64,000 bases of DNA from Mizuhopecten yessoensis (taxonomy: Eukaryota). Location of the stretch: assembly GCF_002113885.1 (NCBI RefSeq), contig NW_018406484.1:281179-345178 (forward strand). Reading direction: 5' to 3'. Below, in pieces: positions 14,501-26,150 of this stretch. Both the position numbers and the translations under genes were made by a program. The stretch's first letter is position 1, and each line of letters opens with the position of its first letter. The notes beneath the pieces are model-generated. The model worked only from the letters and a program-made list of their open reading frames with translations. It was not told the origin of the DNA and made no database searches.

Positions 14501-17500
14501 AGGAGAACACTAACTTCTGTATTGATGAGACTAGCCTGACCTCTGTTACACACAGACATGTGTTATTTAAGGAGAACACTAACTTCTGTATTGATGAGAC
14601 TAGCCTGACCTCTGTTACACACAGACATGTGTTATTTAAGGAGAACACTAACTTCTGTATTGATGAGACTAGCCTGACCTCTGTTACACACAGACATGTG
14701 TTATTTAAGGAGAACACTAACTTCTGTATTGATGAGACTAGCCTGACCTCTGTTACACACAGACATGTGTTATTTAAGGAGAACACTAACTTCTGTATTG
14801 ATGAGACTAGCCTGACCTCTGTTACACACAGACATGTGTTATTTAAGGAGAACACTAACTTCTGTATTGATGAGACTAGTCTGACCTCTGTTACACACAG
14901 ACATGTGTTATTTAAGGAGAACACTAACTTCTGTATTGATGAGACTAGCCTGACCTCTGTTACACACAGACATGTGTTATTTAAGGAGAACACTAACTTC
15001 TGTATTGATGAGACTAGTCTGACCTCTGTTACACACAGACATGTGTTATTTAAGGAGAACACTAACTTCTGTATTGATGAGACTAGCCTGACCTCTGTTA
15101 CACACAGACATGTGTTATTTAAGGAGAACACTAACTTCTGTATTGATGAGACTAGTCTGACCTCTGTTACACACAGACATGTGTTATTTAAGGAGAACAC
15201 TAACTTCTGTATTGATGAGACTAGCCTGACCTCTGTTACACACAGACATGTGTTATTTAAGGAGAACACTAACTTCTGTATTGATGAGACTAGTCTGACC
15301 TCTGTTACACACAGACATGTGTTATTTAAGGAGAACACTAACTTCTGTATTGATGAGACTAGCCTGACCTCTGTTACACACAGACATGTGTTATTTAAGG
15401 AGAACACTAACTTCTGTATTGATGAGACTAGCCTGACCTCTGTTACACACAGACATGTGTTATTTAAGGAGAACACTAACTTCTGTATTGATGAGACTAG
15501 TCTGACCTCTGTTACACACAGACATGTGTTATTTAAGGAGAACACTAACTTCTGTATTGATGAGACTAGCCTGACCTCTGTTACACACAGACATGTGTTA
15601 TTTAAGGAGAACACTAACTTCTGTATTGATGAGACTAGTCTGACCTCTGTTACACACAGACATGTGTTATTTAAGGAGAACACTAACTTCTGTATTGATG
15701 AGACTAGCCTGACCTCTGTTACACACAGACATGTGTTATTTAAGGAGAACACTAACTTCTGTATTGATGAGACTAGTCTGACCTCTGTTACACACAGACA
15801 TGTGTTATTTAAGGAGAACACTAACTTCTGTATTGATGAGACTAGCCTGACCTCTGTTACACACAGACATGTGTTATTTAAGGAGAACACTAACTTCTGT
15901 ATTGATGAGACTAGTCTGACCTCTGTTACACACAGACATGTGTTATTTAAGGAGAACACTAACTTCTGTATTGATGAGACTAGCCTGACCTCTGTTACAC
16001 ACAGACATGTGTTATTTAAGGAGAACACTAACTTCTGTATTGATGAGACTAGTCTGACCTCTGTTACACACAGACATGTGTTATTTAAGGAGAACACTAA
16101 CTTCTGTATTGATGAGACTAGCCTGACCTCTGTTACACACAGACATGTGTTATTTAAGGAGAACACTAACTTCTGTATTGATGAGACTAGTCTGACCTCT
16201 GTTACACACAGACATGTGTTATTTAAGGAGAACACTAACTTCTGTATTGATGAGACTAGCCTGACCTCTGTTACACACAGACATGTGTTATTTAAGGAGA
16301 ACACTAACTTCTGTATTGATGAGACTAGTCTGACCTCTGTTACACACAGACATGTGTTATTTAAGGAGAACACTAACTTCTGTATTGATGAGACTAGCCT
16401 GACCTCTGTTACACACAGACATGTGTTATTTAAGGAGAACACTAACTTCTGTATTGATGAGACTAGTCTGACCTCTGTTACACACAGACATGTGTTATTT
16501 AAGGAGAACACTAACTTCTGTATTGATGAGACTAGCCTGACCTCTGTTACACACAGACATGTGTTATTTAAGGAGAACACTAACTTCTGTATTGATGAGA
16601 CTAGTCTGACCTCTGTTACACACAGACATGTGTTATTTAAGGAGAACACTAACTTCTGTATTGATGAGACTAGCCTGACCTCTGTTACACACAGACATGT
16701 GTTATTTAAGGAGAACACTAACTTCTGTATTGATGAGACTAGTCTGACCTCTGTTACACACAGACATGTGTTATTTAAGGAGAACACTAACTTCTGTATT
16801 GATGAGACTAGCCTGACCTCTGTTACACACAGACATGTGTTATTTAAGGAGAACACTAACTTCTGTATTGATGAGACTAGTCTGACCTCTGTTACACACA
16901 GACATGTGTTATTTAAGGAGAACACTAACTTCTGTATTGATGAGACTAGCCTGACCTCTGTTACACACAGACATGTGTTATTTAAGGAGAACACTAACTT
17001 CTGTATTGATGAGACTAGTCTGACCTCTGTTACACACAGACATGTGTTATTTAAGGAGAACACTAACTTCTGTATTGATGAGACTAGCCTGACCTCTGTT
17101 ACACACAGACATGTGTTATTTAAGGAGAACACTAACTTCTGTATTGATGAGACTAGTCTGACCTCTGTTACACACAGACATGTGTTATTTAAGGAGAACA
17201 CTAACTTCTGTATTGATGAGACTAGCCTGACCTCTGTTACACACAGACATGTGTTATTTAAGGAGAACACTAACTTCTGTATTGATGAGACTAGTCTGAC
17301 CTCTGTTACACACAGACATGTGTTATTTAAGGAGAACACTAACTTCTGTATTGATGAGACTAGCCTGACCTCTGTTACACACAGACATGTGTTATTTAAG
17401 GAGAACACTAACTTCTGTATTGATGAGACTAGTCTGACCTCTGTTACACACAGACATGTGTTATTTAAGGAGAACACTAACTTCTGTATTGATGAGACTA

Positions 17501-18706
17501 GCCTGACCTCTGTTACACACAGACATGTGTTATTTAAGGAGAACACTAACTTCTGTATTGATGAGACTAGTCTGACCTCTGTTACACACAGACATGTGTT
17601 ATTTAAGGAGAACACTAACTTCTGTATTGATGAGACTAGCCTGACCTCTGTTACACACAGACATGTGTTATTTAAGGAGAACACTAACTTCTGTATTGAT
17701 GAGACTAGTCTGACCTCTGTTACACACAGACATGTGTTATTTAAGGAGAACACTAACTTCTGTATTGATGAGACTAGCCTGACCTCTGTTACACACAGAC
17801 ATGTGTTATTTAAGGAGAACACTAACTTCTGTATTGATGAGACTAGTCTGACCTCTGTTACACACAGACATGTGTTATTTAAGGAGAACACTAACTTCTG
17901 TATTGATGAGACTAGCCTGACCTCTGTTACACACAGACATGTGTTATTTAAGGAGAACACTAACTTCTGTATTGATGAGACTAGTCTGACCTCTGTTACA
18001 CACAGACATGTGTTATTTAAGGAGAACACTAACTTCTGTATTGATGAGACTAGCCTGACCTCTGTTACACACAGACATGTGTTATTTAAGGAGAACACTA
18101 ACTTCTGTATTGATGAGACTAGCCTGACCTCTGTTACACACAGACATGTGTTATTTAAGGAGAACACTAACTTCTGTATTGATGAGACTAGCCTGACCTC
18201 TGTTACACACAGACATGTGTTATTTAAGGAGAACACTAACTTCTGTATTGATGAGACTAGCCTGACCTCTGTTACACACAGACATGTGTTATTTAAGGAG
18301 AACACTAACTTCTGTATTGATGAGACTAGCCTGACCTCTGTTACACACAGACATGTGTTATTTAAGGAGAACACTAACTTCTGTATTGATGAGACTAGTC
18401 TGACCTCTGTTACACACAGACATGTGTTATTTAAGGAGAACACTAACTTCTGTATTGATGAGACTAGCCTGACCTCTGTTACACACAGACATGTGTTATT
18501 TAAGGAGAACACTAACTTCTGTATTGATGAGACTAGTCTGACCTCTGTTACACACAGACATGTGTTATTTAAGGAGAACACTAACTTCTGTATTGATGAG
18601 ACTAACCTGACCTCTGTTACACACAGACATGTGTTACTCAAGGAGAACACTAACTTCTGTATTGATGAGACTAGCCTGACCTCTCTTACACACAGACATG
18701 TGTTAT
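11525..18706. repeat. Highly homogeneous 69-bp satellite array (~104 copies) with 138-bp dimeric higher-order structure
   Basis: Unit AAGGAGAACACTAACTTCTGTATTGATGAGACTAG[T/C]CTGACCTCTGTTACACACAGACATGTGTTATTT. Only the edge copies diverge further. Confidence 0.99.
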
Positions 18707-18896
18707 CCTGTGCAATACCTACTATCGATAAATCATGAGTCCAAGGTCATTTGTAAATGAAACTGTTTGACCAGGTTGTTTTATAACTATAAGACAAATA
18801 CTGTTGTAAGTCGTATTTGGTACGGTGTTATCTTGTATGTAAATACGTTAACAGTGATAGCCTATAAGAAACTATTCAAGAGATACTGCCTAGCCA

Positions 18897-21800
18897 ATGG
18901 AGTGTACTAAGCTCGTCGCTTTCTGCAGTGTACTTTGTGTTGTGACTGTTGGTGCTGCCGTGGTCCGGAAGGATTACAATTGTGAGTTCCCTACACAATG
19001 GCAGTGCAGTGTGTTTATGGACTCCGGGATGATGATATGGATCCCGGAACAGATGAACGCTTCAGGCACCTACTTCTACGATTACCCAAACCAACAGATG
19101 AGACTTGACGTATCCGGCTTTGCTCTGGGGAATTATCACTTCTCTTTCACATTTATCTGGAAATTTCATGAGGTCGATACATTTTTGAAAAAAATAATGT
19201 TGAATATGATAGTAAGCTGTAAAAATGTTATAGCAAATAGTGAATACACACACTTGTCTACCTTGCTAGATATTGTTTAATATTCGTGTTGCAAACATTG
19301 AAAAGGCACATTTAGATGTATTTAAGGGCAGGGGTGTTATAAAAAAATCTGACGATATTTCAATTATTTTTCTCTAAACAACTCTTACAAATATTGTGAT
19401 TCATTACAGCAAGCAGTTTACACCCTAGACAACAACAACAATACGTGCAGTAGAGAGGAAGATAGCATCGCTGTGTGGAACCAGTGGGCTGGGGTACCGA
19501 GTAAGTAGTGGGCTGGGGTACCGAGTAAGTAGCACCGAGTGTATTGTCTCCCCAGTATCTGATATTGTCTTTTTCTATGATATCGACAAAAAAATAACAT
19601 TTTGACCTAATGTTTTAATGGAGTAATATATTTCCCCTCTCAGTTTTTATCTACTACAGGCTTCAACTTTCCCTAATCCTAACATTTCTTAAAACTCCTT
19701 AACTTGCCTAGCCTTGCATTTCATATCTTTACTAATATGCATCAACTACTTTTACCTCACTACTTCCAATCTTTTAAAAATATATCATTTATTATCTTCC
19801 ATAACACAAATATTTTCCCACGTTTATAGTAAAACTTCTCCCTCGTAACACATCCTAACCGTAAGTCGCATCAATATGTTTATTATTACATCATATTAAG
19901 GGTGGTCGGATGGTGCAGTGGATAGCGCACTTGCCTTTCACCATGGCGACTGGGGTTCGATTCCCCGATCGGACGTGAAAAGGTATGGGGTCACCTGCCC
20001 GACTACGTTAGTTTTCTCCGGGAACTCCGATTCCCTCCCATATTTAGACCCTCCGCGCGCTAACATCCGGGCCAACAAGAGTGATTAATATAAGTTGAAA
20101 TAACTTGTTTCATAATTGTTGTAAAATAAATAAAGTTTATATACATAAATATATATATCATATTAAGCCTTATATACAGCCCTAGATTTTATCTCAAATG
20201 CAAATCATTTGAAGCTGTTGTATAACTCACTAACTTTCCTTGCACTTTGACTTTCCCTGTCCATGATGCTGTCTCCACGTTATAAAATTACTTGACCGTT
20301 GTACGTTCTATGATTTTGTAACTCTTTAACTTTTCCTGGAAACTTTCCTAACCTCAGAATGTTCCTGGTCTCAATGTTTACCCGTTTATTTCCAGGTGAT
20401 GCTGAGGTGACAAGTAATGGTGGTTTAGGCGGTTTCCAGGAGACCGTTTCACAATACACATTGGTCAGGAACGCCGGGGATGCAGACGCTGTGGTGACCC
20501 TCGATGTGAAAATTGGCAAGTACATTTACATAAGGCTTCCTGTGTACTTCACACTAACATTGTCAATTACTGACAATTTACTTGCCAAATTAATCAATCA
20601 ATCAATCAATGAAATTGATGGGAACAGCAATTTGACATAATAAAAACTCAAAACGTACAATATATACAAGCTGAATCAGCGCTTAGGTCAATTTTCCCAA
20701 GTTCTAGGGATAGTTTAATGAATAGATAAGATTCGAACATTAATTGCACGATATCTAAAGACGGAACAAGAAAAAAGTAAATACAATTTGTAGATTAACT
20801 GCAATTTGATGTTTTAGGTAAGCATTTTGGTCTACTATTAATTGTAGAATTGACGAAAAGAAAGTTCGTCATTTGTAAGACAAAGCCTTTGTTGTCGGGT
20901 TTTATCACTACCATTTCTAGGTTTGTCCACTATACACAATATATATTTACTTATAGGTAATATTTGTTCTCCTCTTCGTGTGTCCTTCCAAGACCAACAC
21001 CTGGATCCCATCTCTGGGGAAATGGTTAATTATGAATTCCTGGACACCATGCCGCTCAGTGACTCGAAAGTGTTCAATACCCCGCCTCATTGTGTAAATT
21101 CCACATTAAAGGTAAGTCATAGCTGAGGTAAGAGTAATAAGTAGTGGATGGGTGAGTTGGTCAAACCTGAGGTAAGAGTAATAAGTAGTGGTAGGGTGAG
21201 TTGGTCAAACCTGAGGTAAGAGTAATAAGTAGTGAGTCGATGGGCTAGTCAAAGTTGAGGTAAAAGTAGTAAGTAGTGGGTGGATGAGTCAAAGTTGAGG
21301 TAAGAGCGATAAGTAGGGGGTGGGTAAGTCAAAGCTGAGATAAGAGTAACTAATAGTGGATGGGTTGGTCAAAGCTGAAGTAAGAGTAATAAGTAGTGGG
21401 TGGATGGGTGAGTCAAAGTTGCGGTAATAGTAATAAGAAGTGGGTCGATGTGTTGGTCAAAGCTGAAGTAAGAGTAATAAGTAGTGGGTGGGTAAGTCAA
21501 AGCTGAGGTTAGAGTAATAAGTAGTGGGTTGGTGAGTCAAAGCTGAGGTAAGAGCAATAAGTAGTAGGTGGATGGGTTAGTCAAATTTAAGGTAAGAGTA
21601 ATAAGTAGTAGGTTGGTAAGTCAAAGCTGAGGTAAGAGTAATAAGTAGTGGGTTGATGGGTTAGTCAAAGCTGTGGTAAGAGCAATATGTAGTGGGCCGA
21701 AGGGTTGGTCAAATCTGAAGTAAGAGCAATAAGTAGTAGGTTGGTAAGTCAAAGCTGAGGTAAGAGCAATAGGTAGTGTGTGGATGGGTTAGTCAAATTT

Positions 21801-22670
21801 AAGGTAAGAGTAATAAGTAGGAGGTTGGGAAGGCAAAGCTGAGGTAAGAGTAATAAGTAGTGGGTTGATGGGTTAGTCAAAGCTGTGGTAAGAGCAATAT
21901 GTAGTGGGCCGAAGGGTTGGTCAAATCTGAAGTAAGAGCAATAAGTAGTAGGTTGGTAAGTCAAAGCTGAGGTAAGAGCAATAGGTAGTGGGTGGATGGG
22001 TTAGTCAAATTTAAGGTAAGAGTAATAAGTAGTAGGTTGGTAAGTCAAAGCTGAGGTAAGAGCAATAGGTAGTAGGTGGGTTAGTCAAAGCTGAAGTAAG
22101 AGTAATAGGCAGTAGGTGGGTTAGTCAAAGCTGAGGTAAGAGCAATAAGTAGAGGGTGGATGGGTTAGTCAAAGTTAAGGTAAGCGTAATAAGTAGTAGG
22201 TTGGTGAGTTAAAGCTGAGGTAAGAGTAATAAGTAGTGGGTGGTGGGTTAGTGTCAATTTCATCTGCATCGGACAGTTAGAAAACTAAGTTTGAACACTT
22301 TAACGTATTGCGATTAATCAAAGTAAAACTTGAAGCATTGTTGTTAGAAAAGTACATTGCAACACTTTAATGAATGAAGATGTATCAAAGTAATTCTTTC
22401 AGCAAGGTCTGCTTTACATTTAAAATAAAAATGAGAGAGTTAATGTTATATAATATTGTATTAAAATTACCTCATATGCTGCGGTATTATTATAGTAAAC
22501 ATTTTATAATAACGTATTAATGACTCCATCAAGTGCAGTATCATTGATATGATTTATTGTTGCATTTGTACTCTTCCTGATATATTTTGATCATGTCTTT
22601 CTTTTTATAGGACAACGAAATAGTCAAGAGGTTGCTTCCAAGTCGACACATCGGTATATTCATGGGATGA
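18897..22670 (+). CDS. EPDR: Ependymin-related secreted protein, gene A (5 exons, 233 aa)
   Basis: Exons 18897-19172, 19410-19500, 20396-20515, 20957-21111, 22611-22670 join in frame (702 nt, phases 0,1,1,0). Hydrophobic signal peptide, then ependymin-type motifs CEFPTQW, GTYFYDYPNQQMRLD, FHE-QAVYTLD..TC, WAGVPSDA, CSP, FLD...VFNTPPHC with four conserved Cys. AATAAA at 22678. Intron 3 donor is GC. Family-level symbol only; orthology is not claimed. Confidence 0.88.
19901..20156 (+). mobile_element. tRNA-derived SINE (V-SINE-like core) in intron 2 of gene A, with 11-bp target-site duplication
   Basis: A box TGGTGCAGTGG and B box GGTTCGATTCC. Core TTTTCTCCGGGAACTCCGATTCCCTCCCA resembles the V-domain. 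AT-rich tail. ATCATATTAAG flanks both sides (19890-19900, 20157-20167). Confidence 0.85.
21112..22252 (+). repeat. ~40-48-bp minisatellite beginning at the exon-4 donor of gene A
   Basis: Repeats of GTCAAAGCTGAGGTAAGAGTAATAAGTAGTGGGT.. (about 25 copies). The first copy overlaps AAG|GTAAGTCATAGCTGAG. Confidence 0.93.
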
Positions 22671-24213
22671 CTGTTGGAATAAAATAATTACTTCATATAC
22701 CGAAAGTGATTTGTTTTTTTCTCGCTGATAAGGTTTATACAATTTGCTGTCCGAAACACATGTAGCTACGTGAAGTACCACGGTAATCATTAAACATTGA
22801 ATCATTAAACAAAACAATGATAAAATGACCATAATTATTTGCAAATGGCTCTCAACACTTTTTTCAACATATTTGATATAGAATGATATACATCTCATAA
22901 GAAACGCGATGGAAAATATTGCATTTAAAAATACAACTTTTTCACTCAAAACTTCTTTGATAACAACGTACTGGACTTTCTCGGATGTGGGCGTCATACA
23001 GGAAATTGTATCTCACCTTTTGAGTTTTTATTTGAGTCGGACAATATATGATCTTCATCGCACATAGAACTAAACAATGACAAAAAAGCACACTGAAGCA
23101 CAAACAAAATCGTAATTCTAACTCAAAATCGATGAAACCTGGGCAAAGCATGAATAAATGATAGATTTGCATAAGGACACTTAAAAACACAAAACGAATA
23201 AGACATAGAAGGCAACCGAAACTTCAATCCTTATTTTAGGAAAAAAAAGATAGCGTCCTCAAAGTGGGAACCCTAATAGTGACAAAGAAAAAATACCGAT
23301 ACTTATATCTTTTAAGAGAATATCATATTTTCTGATATATCATGATGTCGACCATTAAAGATACACGCATATGATCGCAACTATTATTGTGTAATTGATA
23401 CAGTATGTCTAAAAGGATCCATCGGTGGTGCTGAGGCCAGGAAGGCGGAAATCCAAATTTATTTAAACTGCTGTTGAAACAGAAGGGGAAGTGCATTTGA
23501 CCCCTTCATTACATGAATATATTTGAAAAAGAAGAGGTTAGCTTCTAATAAATATGAGTATCTATAAATTCATTAAGATGTAATCCTAAGGAAAAAAAGA
23601 AAAAAAAGATACTTTGTCCAAATATGTAAGAATCGCTAGTAGAAGACGACAAAATGTAATGAATTAAGTCAATTGTATCTAGTGTTTGTCAGTAATACAT
23701 TACTATGTCCTTATCATCAAATATTATTCTATTATTAATAACATTATTTTTAGCAGTACATGATATCTCTCGACACCTCTAGGAGTAGGTGCGGAAGTGG
23801 TGTGTATGTGTGTAGTAAAAGCTTAAGGAAATAAATGAACTTGAACTTGAGTAAAGTATGTATATTATATACCAAGCCACAACTCATAAGAGGTCGCTGT
23901 TACTTGATTTCATTTTCAAGACAGTTTATACGATAGGTGTCGAAAGAACTTTCAAGTGATTTAAATATATAACATAATGACGAAATGAATTGAAGAACAT
24001 CGTAAGGTATTTCGTTCTTCTCCCGACAAGTTCTTCGATGAATGCTGCATAAAATGGTAGCAAAACCTAATCGATCAAAAGAGGAAGATAGTTTACCCCG
24101 ATAGAAAATCGCTATGTTGGAGGTAAACTTTTGACACTAAATTGAAAACAAAATTGTCAATCAGGGATACAATCACCATCAATATCAATTTCAGTATATT
24201 TCGTCGTGGCCTT

Positions 24214-24402
24214 TATTCCGTCTTTGCGTATTGCAGAGTTATATTCTCTTGGGAGAAGGAATTGATTGTTACGTCATTGGTTTGTGCGAGAAAATTACGT
24301 CGTTTTCTCAAAAATTGATGACGTTCCCCCTCAAACAAGTGACGTAACAATCAATACCTGCTCCCAAGAGAAGATAACTCTGCAATACGCAAAGACGGAA
24401 TA
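24214..24402. mobile_element. Palindromic MITE
   Basis: Terminal inverted repeats TATTCCGTCTTTGCGTATTGCAGAGTTA / TAACTCTGCAATACGCAAAGACGGAATA, with imperfect pairing continuing inward. TA lies at both ends. Confidence 0.85.
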
Positions 24403-26150
24403 GCGCATTTCACAAGGTTTACAAAAAACAAATAGTTCATACCTACATGGCTGGGAAGCAATTAAATAAGAATATCCGTAAAACATTACTGTGGTGCTGT
24501 TGTATTTGGAGCACGGAAGTATTTCTGTTTCGGCTAACCTGTGGTGAGAGATGTTAAATCGTTGTCGTCGTCGTCCATTTAATTAAAGTAATAATAATAA
24601 ACAAAAATAAAATGATGTAGATATACAACAATTAATATGCTATAAATATTTTAAAAGATCGTTTGTGCTCCAATGTTGAGTAAGATCCGGAAAATACCTT
24701 AAAACCTGAAAAGAGAAGTCATATATCATAATCTAGATAATCAACTAAAAGAATCGGTGGTTACTAAGCACGAGCTAGTTATGCTAGCAACGTGAACACA
24801 TTTTGATAAGTTATCTCATCTTCAGTGGAATGACAAATCAATGAAAACTTATAATTTCACTAGAAAGAATATTTACAAGGTAGCTATCAGGTATGTTGAC
24901 GTCAAAATAATCGTGTTTTGTCCTTGATTCAAGAGCAGATATACTTTATGTCACAGTTTGCTCCATTTATACATATTTATAATGGTGACCGTGACATATA
25001 TACTAGTGATAAACATGTAAATAGGTAATACAATACCAAGTATACGTACTCAGATTACGGCATGATTACGTACAATAATTGCTATAAATAGGAAGTAAGG
25101 GAGCATCTGTCTAAAGTTTAGCTTAGCGACAAAGATAGCCACACAAAGTAAACAATTAAGGCCAAAAGAATAAAAGTTAAACCTAATCCTAAAGATACCT
25201 GTAGTGTATAGCGGAAGGGAAAGGTGGCCATTCATTTGTAAAACCATTCATAATGGTACAACTGTTTGACTACGACAGATAACATATTATTGAACCCCAT
25301 TTTTTTATGTCTGGATATAGTCCAGCTACAAGATTATGGCAAAACTCGGAAAGTGGCAGTCGTCCAGCAGAGCCCACCAGCAGAGTCCATCATCTTTTTG
25401 CGTAAAATAGAAACGCGGAATAATAAGATTTTAATACATCATATAGAAGGAAAAATGCTATCGTATATCTCACCAGTTAAGCATGGGGTATCTAACTTTA
25501 AGTCATGTAATAAAGATACTATCATCATGACATATCTTTTTTTCTTTACCTGACACCAAGAAAAGGCGAATATAGTGAAGTAATACGACTCCTTCCTACG
25601 AGAGTGCTAGTCACCAGAATTGCTGTCAACGGAGGAGAAGGTTTATAGATATGTATGCTACTCTGATTAACTCCTACACAATGTGATTAAAATGAAATAT
25701 GCCGGGATTGTTTTGGCTGTAAAATAAATAGAACAAACAGCGAAAAATCTCAAGTGATAACTTTTTCCTTGCGAGACAGCTCGACGACGAAGGATTGACG
25801 CCAAATAGAATACTGACTGAGTGAATGAATGGTGGACCCAATATCGTTGTCAACAGAAATAGTGATTGATAGGTCGAACTAGATACGAAGTAACTAGAAC
25901 AAATACAATACATTGTCATGGAATAGTGACACTGCAACATCTAAAAACTAACATTACAGTTATACCGAAGAAAATATGTATTCTAGTTAATCGGTACACT
26001 TGTATTGATGATATACATTTTAATATTTGCCCACGTCTCAAAATATTATCTGATTGTCAGCCAATACCTTGACTCCTTTGATACTGTACATACGTATTCG
26101 ATTTAACGATAACTCGGTGATAGGCTAAACCGTTCAGATAGCGTACAAAC

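Noticed and set aside
11525-18706. Hammerhead-like TTGATGA-GACTAGTC in the 69-bp unit, or a CRISPR-like array
   Set aside because: Lacks the C of CUGAUGA and the GAAA box. There are no unique spacers or cas genes, and the context is eukaryotic.
11613-18738. Two ~2350-aa ORFs on opposite strands
   Set aside because: The 69-bp unit is a multiple of 3 and stop-free in these frames. The sequence is near-identical at DNA level, with no non-repetitive domain or signal peptide.
19901-19975. tRNA gene
   Set aside because: It continues into a SINE core and tail and is bounded by TSDs, so it is a SINE head.
22611-22670. Calling the C-terminal tails tachykinins
   Set aside because: They end [LI]FMG, not FxGLM-G or FxGxR-G. 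Only the amidation-type signature is shared.
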